A stretch of DNA of 28,116 nucleotides from Candidatus Iainarchaeum sp. (GCA_030649345.1 JAUSKK010000027.1:1-28116), one strand, 5' to 3'; positions 17,574-25,865 are shown, numbered from the stretch's first letter. A program made the numbers and translations. The notes: generated by a model not told the origin, from the letters alone.

Positions 17574-17849
17574 TCACCTTTCCTCCGTAATGCACTGAAT
17601 CGTGCAACTAACTTGTTTTGAAGAATTCAATTCTGAAAACTGAATTTCTACTGGTTCGGCAGAAAACATTTGTTCTGAATTAATTTCTGCTGTAAATTTT
17701 TTTTCTTCGTTTTGGATTTCCAAGCTAACCATTCCAGTAATTTCTGAACTGGAATTATCGGCTTTGGTTAAACCAATTAATCCAACAAAAACAATTAAAG
17801 CAGTAATGCCTAAAATCAAATATTTTTGTGAATCCATAGTGTATCCCAT
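17574..17849 (-). CDS. small secreted/membrane-anchored protein, 91 aa
   Basis: N-terminal hydrophobic segment (YLILGITALIVFVGLIGL). Its TGA stop lies inside the RBS of the downstream DsbA-like gene, which implies co-transcription. Confidence 0.5.
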   Translation of the reverse strand: MGYTMDSQKYLILGITALIVFVGLIGLTKADNSSSEITGMVSLEIQNEEKKFTAEINSEQMFSAEPVEIQFSELNSSKQVSCTIQCITEER

Positions 17850-17898
17850 GATAATGTAAGTATAATGTAACCTTAATGTAACACTTCTTTTAAACCTT

Positions 17899-18264
17899 TT
17901 GTTTTTAGTTTTATTTGAGTTTAATACTATTATAATTGTTTTTTTTGGGTGGATGGTTGATTTTGTGGATTGGAGTTCTGTTTTATTTTTAGTATTTTCT
18001 TTGTTGGCTGTAGTGTTTGCTTTTTTGCTGTCTCGTGAATCTTCGCATGAAAAATATTGGGTGTTTTTTGTTTTGGGTTCTTTAGCTTTGGTTGCTTGGA
18101 GTATTTTGGAAAATTTTTTGGTTTCTGTTTTTGATGTTGGTTTTCAATCTTTGTTGTTGGATGTATTTCAAGTAATGACTGCGTTTTGTTTTGCGTATGC
18201 TTTTTTTGGTTTGTATTCTGGCATGAAACAAGTTCGTAAAAAAGTTTCCGAAAAATTTGATTAA
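17899..18264 (+). CDS. small polytopic membrane protein, about 103-121 aa
   Basis: Strongly hydrophobic ORF with 3-4 predicted TM helices. The track start is TTG and an in-frame ATG lies at 17953. It sits immediately upstream of a wHTH gene. Confidence 0.45.
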   Translation: MFLVLFEFNTIIIVFFGWMVDFVDWSSVLFLVFSLLAVVFAFLLSRESSHEKYWVFFVLGSLALVAWSILENFLVSVFDVGFQSLLLDVFQVMTAFCFAYAFFGLYSGMKQVRKKVSEKFD

Positions 18265-18275
18265 CGGATTTGTGT

Positions 18276-18545
18276 ATGAAAGCTGTTTTGTTTTATTGGG
18301 GTAAAGGTTCGGAAGTTCGAGTTAAAATTTTGTTAGAGCTTTATCGTTGTTCAGGTTCGAATACTCCGTGTTATTTGAATTCTTTGGCTGACTATTTGAA
18401 GTTGTCGCATGTGGCTGTGAAAAAGCATTTGGATTTATTGCTGGAACACAAATATGTTCGGCCTGTGAATCCTTTGGGCAAGCCGGTGTATTTGGAATTG
18501 TCGGAACAAGGAAACGAAGTTGTAAAAGAGTTTTTAAGCAAGTGA
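18276..18545 (+). CDS. small winged-helix (ArsR/MarR-like) transcription regulator
   Basis: About 89 aa. RVKILLELYR...YLNSLADYLKLSHVAVKKHLDLLLEHKYV fits a helix-turn-helix plus wing. ATG at 18276 is preferred over the TTG at 18270. Confidence 0.65.
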   Translation: MKAVLFYWGKGSEVRVKILLELYRCSGSNTPCYLNSLADYLKLSHVAVKKHLDLLLEHKYVRPVNPLGKPVYLELSEQGNEVVKEFLSK

Positions 18546-18742
18546 TTGTATGCAAAAACTTAAACGGAAATCCAAACAATTGGAGTTTAAGTTTAATATT
18601 AAAACAAAATGATGCAAATTTAGACTTCGATGGTTGCTGGGTTTATCCAAACGAATGCAGGCTTTTTTTTGAGTTAGGCTCAAACAAGGCTTTAAATTTA
18701 TGCGAGCCAAGGATTCAACTGGCTTGTTTTTGCATTATTTTA

Positions 18743-18839
18743 AAGTTTTAGAATAATTTATTAAGTTTTAGAATAATATGTTTTAAGATAATTTGCTGAG
18801 TTTAGGATGCGTATTTGAGTTTTAGAATAGTTTAATTTG
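18743..18839. repeat. degenerate approx 20-bp tandem repeats with core AGTTTTAGAATA upstream of the GNAT gene
   Basis: AAGTTTTAGAATAAT starts at 18743 and 18763. AGTTTAGGATG is at 18799 and AGTTTTAGAATAG at 18818. Confidence 0.6.
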
Positions 18840-18861
18840 TTTTTTGAAGAAAGGAAATCGT

Positions 18862-19446
18862 ATGGCTGTGCAAAAGAAAGTTTTAGGCAAAATAAAATCT
18901 AAACCACAAATCCGAAAATCAAAACAACTTTCATTTCGGTTTCGTGAGCGAACTCATTTTCATTCAGAAAAAGTTCAAGCTTTGCTTGGAAAATATTCAA
19001 AAGCAGGTATTCATTCTTTTTTTCGAATGGGCAAACAGATTGTAGGCGAAGTTCACGGTTCTCATGGAGCCAAGGTTTTTTTGTTTTCGTTAAATGAAAC
19101 TTTTAGGCCTAAACAATTGCTGGCAACAGGTTCATTGTATCTTCCAGAATCTATTTATAGTTCTTTTCCTGAATTTCTTGATTTTAAGAAAAAAGGTCAA
19201 GTATTGGAGTTAGGTTATAATTTGCAGGAATTAACTCACGGTGAAGTGCAAGGTCGAGGTTTAGCTCAAACTGTTGCAAATTGTTTAATTGAACAAGCAA
19301 AAAAACTAAAATTACATGGTTTAGTGGCTCGCGTGGAAGGTAAAAATCCTGCCAGTCATCGAATTTTGCGAAAAGCTGGTTTTCGTAGATTTCGAACAGA
19401 GCAAGTTCCAAGAAAAATTGTTTTTTATTATTTGGATTTAAGCTAA
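18862..19446 (+). CDS. GNAT-family N-acetyltransferase
   Basis: Acetyl-CoA motif A-like VQGRGLAQ and the C-terminal VARVEGKNPASHRILRKAGFRRF. ATG at 18862 is preferred over the upstream TTG. Confidence 0.7.
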   Translation: MAVQKKVLGKIKSKPQIRKSKQLSFRFRERTHFHSEKVQALLGKYSKAGIHSFFRMGKQIVGEVHGSHGAKVFLFSLNETFRPKQLLATGSLYLPESIYSSFPEFLDFKKKGQVLELGYNLQELTHGEVQGRGLAQTVANCLIEQAKKLKLHGLVARVEGKNPASHRILRKAGFRRFRTEQVPRKIVFYYLDLS

Positions 19447-19450
19447 TGGT

Positions 19451-21091
19451 TTATTTTGTTTTTTCGGAATCAATTATTTTTTTGGCTTTATTGATGGCTT
19501 CTTCTGTGTCTTTGCTGATGTAGTCGGCTCCGCCAATGTGCTTAATGAGTCCATGTTTTTCTAAAATTTTTCGAACTCTAGGCTGGATTGTGGACAAAAT
19601 AATTTTCCCGTTGTTTTTATGAATTTTGTCAATAATAAGTTCCAATGCATGAATGCCGGTTGCATCAATGACCAATGCGTGTTTGAGTCTTAGAATTAAT
19701 ATTTCTCCTTTTTTGTGCTGGATGTTGTCTTGCAGCATGCTGGCTGCTCCAAAAAACATTGGGCCGGAGATTTCATACAATGAAATTTGCGGATATTCTT
19801 TGATTTGTTCTTGTAATTGTTGGGCGCGTTTGTTGCCTTTTTTGGAACTATCTTCTAATGTGACTACGCTAATTTCGCTGATTCTGCGAATAAATAAAAT
19901 TGCCGCCAATACAACGCCTATTCCTACAGCCATGGTTAAGTCTACAAATACGGTTAATCCAAAAGTTAAGAATAAAACCAAGACATCTGAGCGAGGTGCA
20001 TTGAGTAGTTTTCGAAAATGATGAATTTCACTCATATTGTAAGCTACCATCATTAAGATTGCAGCTAAAACTGTTAATGGAATAATTTTGGCATAGGGTG
20101 CAAAAAAGAATAAAATTGCTAATACTGTAATGGAATGAATAATGGCTGCATTTCTGGTTTGAGCTCCGTTTTTGATATTGGTGGCTGTTCTTGCAAAAGC
20201 TCCTGTGGCTGGAATGGCTCCAAAAAAAGGCAAAGTAATATTTCCAATTCCTAAACCAATTAATTCTTGGTTGGAGTCGTGTTTTTTTCCAGTCATTCCG
20301 TCAGCTACCACTGCAGATAGCAATGATTCAATGGCTCCCAGTATGGCAATCGTGAATGCTGCCGGCAATAATAGTTCAATGGTTTGAAAGTCAAATGCCA
20401 AAATATGAAATTGAGGTAATCCAGAAGGAAGGTTTCCAATGGTTTGAATTTGGTTTTGGAAAAAAATTCCAGCAATAATTCCTGCAAACAATGCAATGGG
20501 TGCAGGCGGGAATTTTTTGTTAATTTTTGGCCAAATAAAATAAACCAGTAAAGTAATTCCTCCAATTAGGACTGCGTAAGGGTTGATTCCTTTCGGAATA
20601 TTTTCGCTGATTAATTTTAATGTTTCAATAAAATCATGAGGCCTTTGAGCGAATTGTAAACCTAAAAAGTTTGCTATTTGTCCTGCGAATATTAAGACCG
20701 CGATTCCTGCAGTTAATCCTATAATCACTGGATACGGTATAAATTTGATGACTGTGCCTAGTTTAGCTATTCCCATTAATAGTAAAATAATTCCAGCCAT
20801 GAATCCTGCAATAAGTAAACCTTGCATTCCGTATTGGTTTACAATTCCAAGCAAGAGTACTACAAAGGCGGCTGTTGGTCCAGAGACTTGAAACTCAGAT
20901 CCTCCGAATAAAGCAATAAGTGCTCCTCCGATAATGGCTGTGTACAATCCTTGTTCTGCGCTGGCTCCTGACGCAATGGCTAAAGCAATGGATAAAGGCA
21001 AAGCAACTAATCCTACGACAATTCCGGCAATTAAGTCTTTTTGAAAAGAAGTTCTAAAATAAGTTTGAATTTTGGATACGATAGTTTGCAT
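19451..21091 (-). CDS. SulP-family anion (sulfate/bicarbonate) permease with a C-terminal STAS domain
   Basis: 546 aa with a polytopic core typical of SulP (LIAGIVVGLVALPLSIALAIASG..., GIGNITLPFFGAIPATGAFARTA). A C-terminal STAS-like domain follows. Confidence 0.92.
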   Translation of the reverse strand: MQTIVSKIQTYFRTSFQKDLIAGIVVGLVALPLSIALAIASGASAEQGLYTAIIGGALIALFGGSEFQVSGPTAAFVVLLLGIVNQYGMQGLLIAGFMAGIILLLMGIAKLGTVIKFIPYPVIIGLTAGIAVLIFAGQIANFLGLQFAQRPHDFIETLKLISENIPKGINPYAVLIGGITLLVYFIWPKINKKFPPAPIALFAGIIAGIFFQNQIQTIGNLPSGLPQFHILAFDFQTIELLLPAAFTIAILGAIESLLSAVVADGMTGKKHDSNQELIGLGIGNITLPFFGAIPATGAFARTATNIKNGAQTRNAAIIHSITVLAILFFFAPYAKIIPLTVLAAILMMVAYNMSEIHHFRKLLNAPRSDVLVLFLTFGLTVFVDLTMAVGIGVVLAAILFIRRISEISVVTLEDSSKKGNKRAQQLQEQIKEYPQISLYEISGPMFFGAASMLQDNIQHKKGEILILRLKHALVIDATGIHALELIIDKIHKNNGKIILSTIQPRVRKILEKHGLIKHIGGADYISKDTEEAINKAKKIIDSEKTK

Positions 21092-21163
21092 TTATGGAGT
21101 TCAAAAGAAGAACCAATTAAAAAAGCTAATCTTTTTTACAACATAATTTTGTTGTGGTCTGAT

Positions 21164-21796
21164 TCAAAAATCAATTAAGGGCATGAGTATAAATTTTCCA
21201 TTTCTGTATCCTAGCACCATAATGTCTTTGGATTCAATTTCACATGCTCTATAAATTGTTTTTTTTGCTTGAGCTAATTCAGCATAAGCATACCTGTGCA
21301 CAGACTCAAATTTGCTGGATTCCTTTAGGTTTGCAGCTTTAAATTCTTCTAAAACTTTTTGGCCGCGTTTAGTGTTTTTCTCCAGTATTTCTTCCAAGGT
21401 AGGATAAACTGCTTTTCTCATGGCTATCAATCGTTCGCCAATCACATAAGCTTTAGGCTCCAGCAATACATAGGTTGTAGGTTCTTGTGTTCGATTGTGT
21501 TTTCGTGTACGCCGAATTACTTCTCGAATTGTTTCTTTTGCAGTGTCTACTTCTGTGCGTTTGATGACAACACTTTTGAATTCTGGATAATTTCGTTGAA
21601 TGTTCATGGCTCTTATTCTTCGGCCCCATTCTGTAGTATTTTCAGGTGAAGGATTTGTATTGAGTATCCTGCGGCGGAGATCCACATCATTTTGCCGGTG
21701 ATCAATATTTTTCATTTTTCCTAAACGAGTATCTATTTTTTTGGATGCCTTTCTCAATCTTTGAACTAGTTTTTTAGGTAATTTTCCAATCGGCAT
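21164..21796 (-). CDS. hypothetical basic protein, 210 aa
   Basis: ATG-initiated ORF with a TATA-like AATTTTAATA about 30 nt upstream and a lysine/arginine-rich N-terminus. No family recognised. Confidence 0.6.
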   Translation of the reverse strand: MPIGKLPKKLVQRLRKASKKIDTRLGKMKNIDHRQNDVDLRRRILNTNPSPENTTEWGRRIRAMNIQRNYPEFKSVVIKRTEVDTAKETIREVIRRTRKHNRTQEPTTYVLLEPKAYVIGERLIAMRKAVYPTLEEILEKNTKRGQKVLEEFKAANLKESSKFESVHRYAYAELAQAKKTIYRACEIESKDIMVLGYRNGKFILMPLIDF

Positions 21797-21837
21797 AGTT
21801 ACTACTGGTTTGAATGTATTAAAATTAGTTTTGGTTT

Positions 21838-21897
21838 AAGCGGTACGCGTGCTACTCAATCTTAAACAACTCTTCTAAACGTATTTACGAAAAGCAA
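21838..21897. repeat. island repeat element, copy A
   Basis: AAGCGGTACGCGTGCTACTCAATCTTAAACAACTCTTCTAAACGTATTTACGAAAAGCAA aligns at roughly 70-75 percent identity (hand alignment) with copy B at 25050-25112. It lies between a minus-strand stop (21944) and the next minus-strand start (21796). Confidence 0.6.
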
Positions 21898-21943
21898 ATG
21901 AATTTACATTTGAAGTTTTTAAAAAGTAAGCACCAATCCAGTA

Positions 21944-22708
21944 TTATTTCAGTAAATCAGTTTTTCTTGGATAAATTACTCCGACAATCATAAACGTTGG
22001 GAATCTGTAATGTGATCCGACGATAAAGTAAACATGTTTGTTTTTCATTATTGCATTTAACATTTTTTCTTTGACTTTTTGATGAACTTCATTTTCATCT
22101 TTATATTTTCCTTGTTTTCGATAATCTTCACATTTTCGATAAAGTTCTCCCACCTCCCAATCTTCACATAATGTTTCATGAATTCTTCCGTCAATGTCAT
22201 CTTTGAATTTATAACTGTACTTAACTTTAGGCGGGCTGAGTTTGAATGCTTTGCTGCCAAAAAGATCTTTTTGTTTTCCCATATTCACTAATTTTTCATA
22301 GTGCTGATTGTCTGAAGGCAGAAAATCGAATACTTCTTTTGGTTCTATAACTCCTAATGATTGTTTTTTTACGCCTTTTTCTTCTATTTGTTCAATTGTT
22401 TCGATTCTAGTTTTAAGCAGGTCTTCTATTTCTTTAAATGTAGCTTCTCGTAATGGTTTAATTGTTTCGAATTTTACTTTTCTACTTTCTGGTCTGTGAT
22501 CAGAAGGTTTGTCATCTTGAAGTTCGTATTCAATCCACCATTTTTTCTTAAAATTTTGCGGGCTGGTTTTCCAAAATAATTCCCATGGAATTGGATATAT
22601 TCTTCTCCATTCGCCTTTATCTGTGATGCCAGCTACACAGATTAATTCTTCATATTTTTTGCTTGCTTCAGGAACAGCCTTTGCAAGCACTAATAAGCGT
22701 TCTTTCAT
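21944..22708 (-). CDS. hypothetical protein, 254 aa, translationally coupled to the DUF488 fusion gene
   Basis: Its ATG overlaps the upstream TGA (ATGA, 4-nt overlap at 22705-22708). It is a charged, soluble-looking protein (ICVAGITDKGEWRRIYPIPWELFW ... HVYFIVGSHYRFPTFMIVGVIYPRK). No family recognised. Confidence 0.7.
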   Translation of the reverse strand: MKERLLVLAKAVPEASKKYEELICVAGITDKGEWRRIYPIPWELFWKTSPQNFKKKWWIEYELQDDKPSDHRPESRKVKFETIKPLREATFKEIEDLLKTRIETIEQIEEKGVKKQSLGVIEPKEVFDFLPSDNQHYEKLVNMGKQKDLFGSKAFKLSPPKVKYSYKFKDDIDGRIHETLCEDWEVGELYRKCEDYRKQGKYKDENEVHQKVKEKMLNAIMKNKHVYFIVGSHYRFPTFMIVGVIYPRKTDLLK

Positions 22709-23553
22709 ATATGAGTCACTGAAATGCCTTGCTTTTCTAGTTCGTTGCTAACTATTCCTCTATGGCAATGATTTTTATCTTGTTCAAAACACAATAAGGC
22801 TATTCTCTTTTTCCTGCCAAGTTCCATTATTGTTTTTACCTGGTTTATTTGTTTTGGCAAAATACCTTTACTGTAAAACTCAAATAGTTCTTTATAATCT
22901 GCATCCGTTTTCAAGTCTTTTCTATATTCTCCGTTAATTCCAAGTTCTGGAATGTGCAGATACTGTATTCCGGCTTTTTCTAAATAATGAGTCAATTTAT
23001 TTTTAGTAAAAACAAAGTTCATGCTAAACGGGTTAGCTCTAAGGTCAATAACAAATTCAATATGATTTTGAATTAGCAAGTCTAAAAATGAATCGATATC
23101 CTTCTTTTCATAACCAATTGAAAAAACACATGGCGTATAATATTGTTTTGTCGAAGTTTTCAGTACACTTCGCTCAGCGTAAGCGGGATAAGCAGCATAA
23201 ACATAATCAACAATTCTTGTAGTGCTGTAATGACCGTATTTGTTAACAATTTCATTAACCAATTGTTTTTCTTTTTGACTCAAAAGACCTTCAATTTCAT
23301 TAACTGGTTTTTCTAATTCTAAATTTTTATCTAAATATGTTTGGTTTTGCAAATCTGTCAGGTCAAAATAATACTGATTTGAAAAAGGTCCGTAGTTGTG
23401 AGGATAAAAATTGTAAAACTTTACAACCGCATCTATTGTTGTTTCCTTTTTCAAAAGGAACAGTATCTTATCTAAAAAGGTCTTTGTTGTCCTTCCGTTT
23501 AACTTTGATAATTGCAAAATTAAATATAATAATACTTTTTGCCGATTGTACAT
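22705..23553 (-). CDS. fusion protein: N-terminal DUF4065/Panacea(SocA)-like domain plus C-terminal DUF488 domain
   Basis: The C-terminal approx 150 aa fit the DUF488 pattern (VFSIGYEKKDIDSFLDLLIQNHIEFVIDLRANPFS...GIQYLHIPELG...RIALLCFEQDKNHCHRGIV). The N-terminal approx 130 aa (FLDKILFLLKKE...FYNFYPHNYGPFSNQYYFDL) resemble the DUF4065/Panacea signature KLxKLLY...W.yGPv. This assignment is from memory, not a search. Confidence 0.8.
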   Translation of the reverse strand: MYNRQKVLLYLILQLSKLNGRTTKTFLDKILFLLKKETTIDAVVKFYNFYPHNYGPFSNQYYFDLTDLQNQTYLDKNLELEKPVNEIEGLLSQKEKQLVNEIVNKYGHYSTTRIVDYVYAAYPAYAERSVLKTSTKQYYTPCVFSIGYEKKDIDSFLDLLIQNHIEFVIDLRANPFSMNFVFTKNKLTHYLEKAGIQYLHIPELGINGEYRKDLKTDADYKELFEFYSKGILPKQINQVKTIMELGRKKRIALLCFEQDKNHCHRGIVSNELEKQGISVTHI

Positions 23554-23581
23554 GGTATATGTACTAAAAATTTGAGTGTTT

Positions 23582-23608
23582 AAAAAGGCTTCGGAACCGC
23601 ATTTCCGG
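23582..23608 (-). terminator. stem-loop plus U-tract after the PA14 gene
   Basis: On the minus strand, CCGGAA ATGCGG TTCCGA is followed by AGCCTTTTTAAAC. It lies 5 nt downstream of the PA14 stop codon. Confidence 0.45.
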
Positions 23609-23612
23609 TGAA

Positions 23613-24467
23613 TTATTCACATTTTTCTACTTCACGATATTTTACTACTGGTCTTGTTTTTGTGACGTCTTGACAGCTTGTTATAGGTCGTTGTTGTGGG
23701 GTTTGTCTTGTTTTTTGTTCGCAGCGTTGTTCAGTTTTTGGTCTAGTTTTTGTTTCTTGCCATTCAATTACACTATCATCTGTGTCAAAATAAAGTCTTG
23801 AATTGCCGTATGTTTGATAATAGCGTAGTTCTAAATTATGGTATCCTGCGCTTAATGTGATTGTTTTTTGAGATTGATAAAAGCTGTGGCTTCCCCAATT
23901 ACTGATGACTACTTGTCCGTCAACATAAAGTATTGATCCATCATCGCTTCCTAATACAAATTGCACAGGTCTTTCTGTTGGCACATATATTCTTGAATTT
24001 CCAACAAATCCAATATAATCATCTTCGCCATTATAAATAGGGTTTCCAGCCCAATCATAATCAATTTTTGCATCCCATGTTTGTGTGCCCATAGGTCCAT
24101 CATACATGAGTTCATTGTTTCCATTGACTCCATACCATGTTAAGTTCCATTGAGTTCGAACAGTATCTTGATATGGTTCTTGCACAGTTACATTATTGCA
24201 TTCAGTATATGGTTCTGGAACATAATAAGTTTCATACGTGGTGGTACATTCTCTGTCTGTATAATTTTCTGTATCCTCATAAGGTTCATTTACTGTTTGA
24301 CAGTTAGCGTTTGCTAATACAAGTGTTGCTTGTCCAGTGGATGTTTTGTTAAATGGATTAATTGCTACAACTAGTAAGATGAGTGCAATTCCAACAATTA
24401 TTCCAATGAGTAATTTATCTAATTTTACTTCAACTTTTTGTTTTTCCGGAACTTGTTCATCAACCAA
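23613..24467 (-). CDS. membrane-anchored PA14-domain protein with a basic Cys-containing C-terminal tail
   Basis: TTG start with a GGTGA RBS and an N-terminal TM anchor (LLIGIIVGIALILLVVAI). PA14-like core: FVLGSDDGSILYVDGQVVISNWGSH...TITLSAGYHNLELRYYQTYGNSRL. The tail carries KTRP repeats and ends VEKCE. Confidence 0.75.
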   Translation of the reverse strand: MVDEQVPEKQKVEVKLDKLLIGIIVGIALILLVVAINPFNKTSTGQATLVLANANCQTVNEPYEDTENYTDRECTTTYETYYVPEPYTECNNVTVQEPYQDTVRTQWNLTWYGVNGNNELMYDGPMGTQTWDAKIDYDWAGNPIYNGEDDYIGFVGNSRIYVPTERPVQFVLGSDDGSILYVDGQVVISNWGSHSFYQSQKTITLSAGYHNLELRYYQTYGNSRLYFDTDDSVIEWQETKTRPKTEQRCEQKTRQTPQQRPITSCQDVTKTRPVVKYREVEKCE

Positions 24468-24541
24468 ATTTTCACCAACTTAATTTTTTCGAATTACAAA
24501 ATGATTTTAATACTAATTCTATGCTGGATAAAGTTTAAATA

Positions 24542-24595
24542 GATTGTGCTTCGATTGTGCAAATATTGAGATAGTATTTAACTGCGGTTTTGCAC
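24542..24595. promoter_or_regulatory. possible operator sites in the divergent PA14 / wHTH intergenic region
   Basis: Direct repeat GATTGTGC at 24542-24549 and 24553-24560. Inverted pair GTGCAAA (24557-24563) and TTTGCAC (24589-24595), just upstream of the wHTH ATG. Confidence 0.3.
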
Positions 24596-24604
24596 CTAAT
24601 TTGT

Positions 24605-24859
24605 ATGTCTAATTGGGCTTTAACCACATTTTTCAAACGTAGTGCAACGGCTAAGTTAATCCTTCAAAAATTAGTAACTAGGCCTAAAACACCTTCTGAA
24701 CTAGCCAAAGAACTAAATTTGCATCAGCAATCAGTTTCAAAGACGCTGTTAAAATTAGCTGAATTTAAGCTGGTGACTTGCATTAACCCAAATGAACCCA
24801 ATTATCGCCACTATACAATTACTCCTCAAGGCAGTAGTTTGCTTAAAAAATTGAAATAA
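24605..24859 (+). CDS. small winged-helix transcription regulator
   Basis: 84 aa. AKLILQKLVTRPKTPSELAKELNLHQQSVSKTLLKLAEFKLV fits an ArsR/MarR-like HTH. ATG at 24605 is preferred over the TTG at 24590. Confidence 0.65.
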   Translation: MSNWALTTFFKRSATAKLILQKLVTRPKTPSELAKELNLHQQSVSKTLLKLAEFKLVTCINPNEPNYRHYTITPQGSSLLKKLK

Positions 24860-24897
24860 TTTTCGTGCGCTTTTTAGCTATTTCACCATGGCTGATT

Positions 24898-24987
24898 TTA
24901 ATTCAAGTGTAAATACTTAGTTGAAAATTTGTTGCAGGGCTTGTAAATACGCTCTTTGTTATGGATGTCTAATTCATTTTGTTTCAT
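24898..24987 (-). CDS. candidate small ORF, 29 aa (MKQNELDIHNKERIYKPCNKFSTKYLHLN)
   Basis: Below the ORF-track length cut-off. The ATG is preceded by AGGAG 7 nt upstream and by GGTTTAAAAACC (TATA-like) roughly 20 nt upstream of the ATG. It lies directly downstream of repeat copy B on the minus strand. Confidence 0.3.
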   Translation of the reverse strand: MKQNELDIHNKERIYKPCNKFSTKYLHLN

Positions 24988-25025
24988 TTTGAATCTCCTG
25001 CTTTTCGGGGTTTTTAAACCTTCGT

Positions 25026-25112
25026 GTCGTAGAGTTGTTTCAAAATGAAAAGCGGGATACGCGTTTTCTAATTCAAAATAACTCTTCTACTGAATATATT
25101 CACGAAAAGCAA
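25026..25112. repeat. island repeat element, copy B
   Basis: GTCGTAGAGTT-N13-AAGCGGGATACGCG...AACTCTTCTAC...CACGAAAAGCAA. It shares the long repeat with copy A. It shares the 12-mer AAGCGGGATACG and the 11-mer arm (inverted) with copy C. Confidence 0.6.
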
Positions 25113-25148
25113 CAACTTAATTGATAATTATTGGTATGACTTAATTGG

Positions 25149-25865
25149 CTATTTAATTGGATTTTCCTGTATTCTGCCCATCAAATAACTTTTTATTTTA
25201 ACTGTTTGAATGGTCATTTTTATTCTCATGTCTATAAAATTTTTCAGCTCCTTACTAGATAATAATTTAGTAAATGCTTTTTCGCAGCCTTGATAAATTG
25301 CATGCTTTTTGTTTTCAGACAAATCTTCACAACTAAATTGTTCCGCAAATTTTTTAATATTTGGGATGTCATCAGGCATTCTAAATGTTAATTCCCTCCA
25401 TATTTTAGGAAATTCGTTAATGACTAAATTTCTGATGTAACCACCGTTTATTTTATTATTATTATCTGTAATGCCGAATTCTTTCAGTTCTTCCATCATA
25501 TTTTTCTCAAATTCATCTTCGATGATTTTTCTAAATTTAAATAAAAAGTCATTATGTTCCTTTATTTTTTCATCAAAAAAATTCCACAACCAATTTCTTG
25601 TTTCTACTTCAGTTCCCATAAACAAATAATTATATTTTATGCTGTGAAAATTTTTCAAGGTTAATCCAAGATAATCATCTGGGGCTTTTGATCGTTCTTC
25701 AATTTGAAAAATGTCTTCAAGTAAACGAGAAAAAATTTCTTGATTTCTTTTAAGTTGTAATTCTTTTTCAGCCTTTTTCTTTTCGATATGTAACGTTATG
25801 AATGTACCTGTGATGACACCAATTAAACCTGAAAATAAACTAATAACAAGCTGATCGTATTCCAT
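25149..25865 (-). CDS. N-terminally membrane-anchored hypothetical protein, 238 aa
   Basis: ATG start, one N-terminal TM helix (LVISLFSGLIGVITGTFITL), then a charged helical region. A TATA-like element lies upstream. No family recognised. Confidence 0.6.
   Translation of the reverse strand: MEYDQLVISLFSGLIGVITGTFITLHIEKKKAEKELQLKRNQEIFSRLLEDIFQIEERSKAPDDYLGLTLKNFHSIKYNYLFMGTEVETRNWLWNFFDEKIKEHNDFLFKFRKIIEDEFEKNMMEELKEFGITDNNNKINGGYIRNLVINEFPKIWRELTFRMPDDIPNIKKFAEQFSCEDLSENKKHAIYQGCEKAFTKLLSSKELKNFIDMRIKMTIQTVKIKSYLMGRIQENPIK

Noticed and set aside
18322-18751. 85-aa minus-strand and 69-aa plus-strand ORFs around the wHTH gene 3' end and the downstream gap
   Set aside because: One is antisense to the regulator. 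The other starts with GTG overlapping its stop, lacks an RBS and has non-coding-like composition. A T8 tract near 18665-18672 suggests the gap is a 3' UTR/terminator region.
18743-18839. Possible CRISPR array
   Set aside because: The repeats are only ~12-20 bp, degenerate and contiguous, without unique spacers of regular length. No cas genes are in the window.
19184-20565. ORFs antisense to or out of frame with the GNAT and SulP genes (75, 122, 71 and 86 aa)
   Set aside because: They are shadow ORFs within confidently assigned genes.
21145-21165. Possible second att-like copy of the thiI-proximal repeat at the other end of the island (GGTCTGATTC vs GGTTCTGATTG)
   Set aside because: There is only about 9-10 nt of loose similarity, which is well within chance for this AT-rich sequence.
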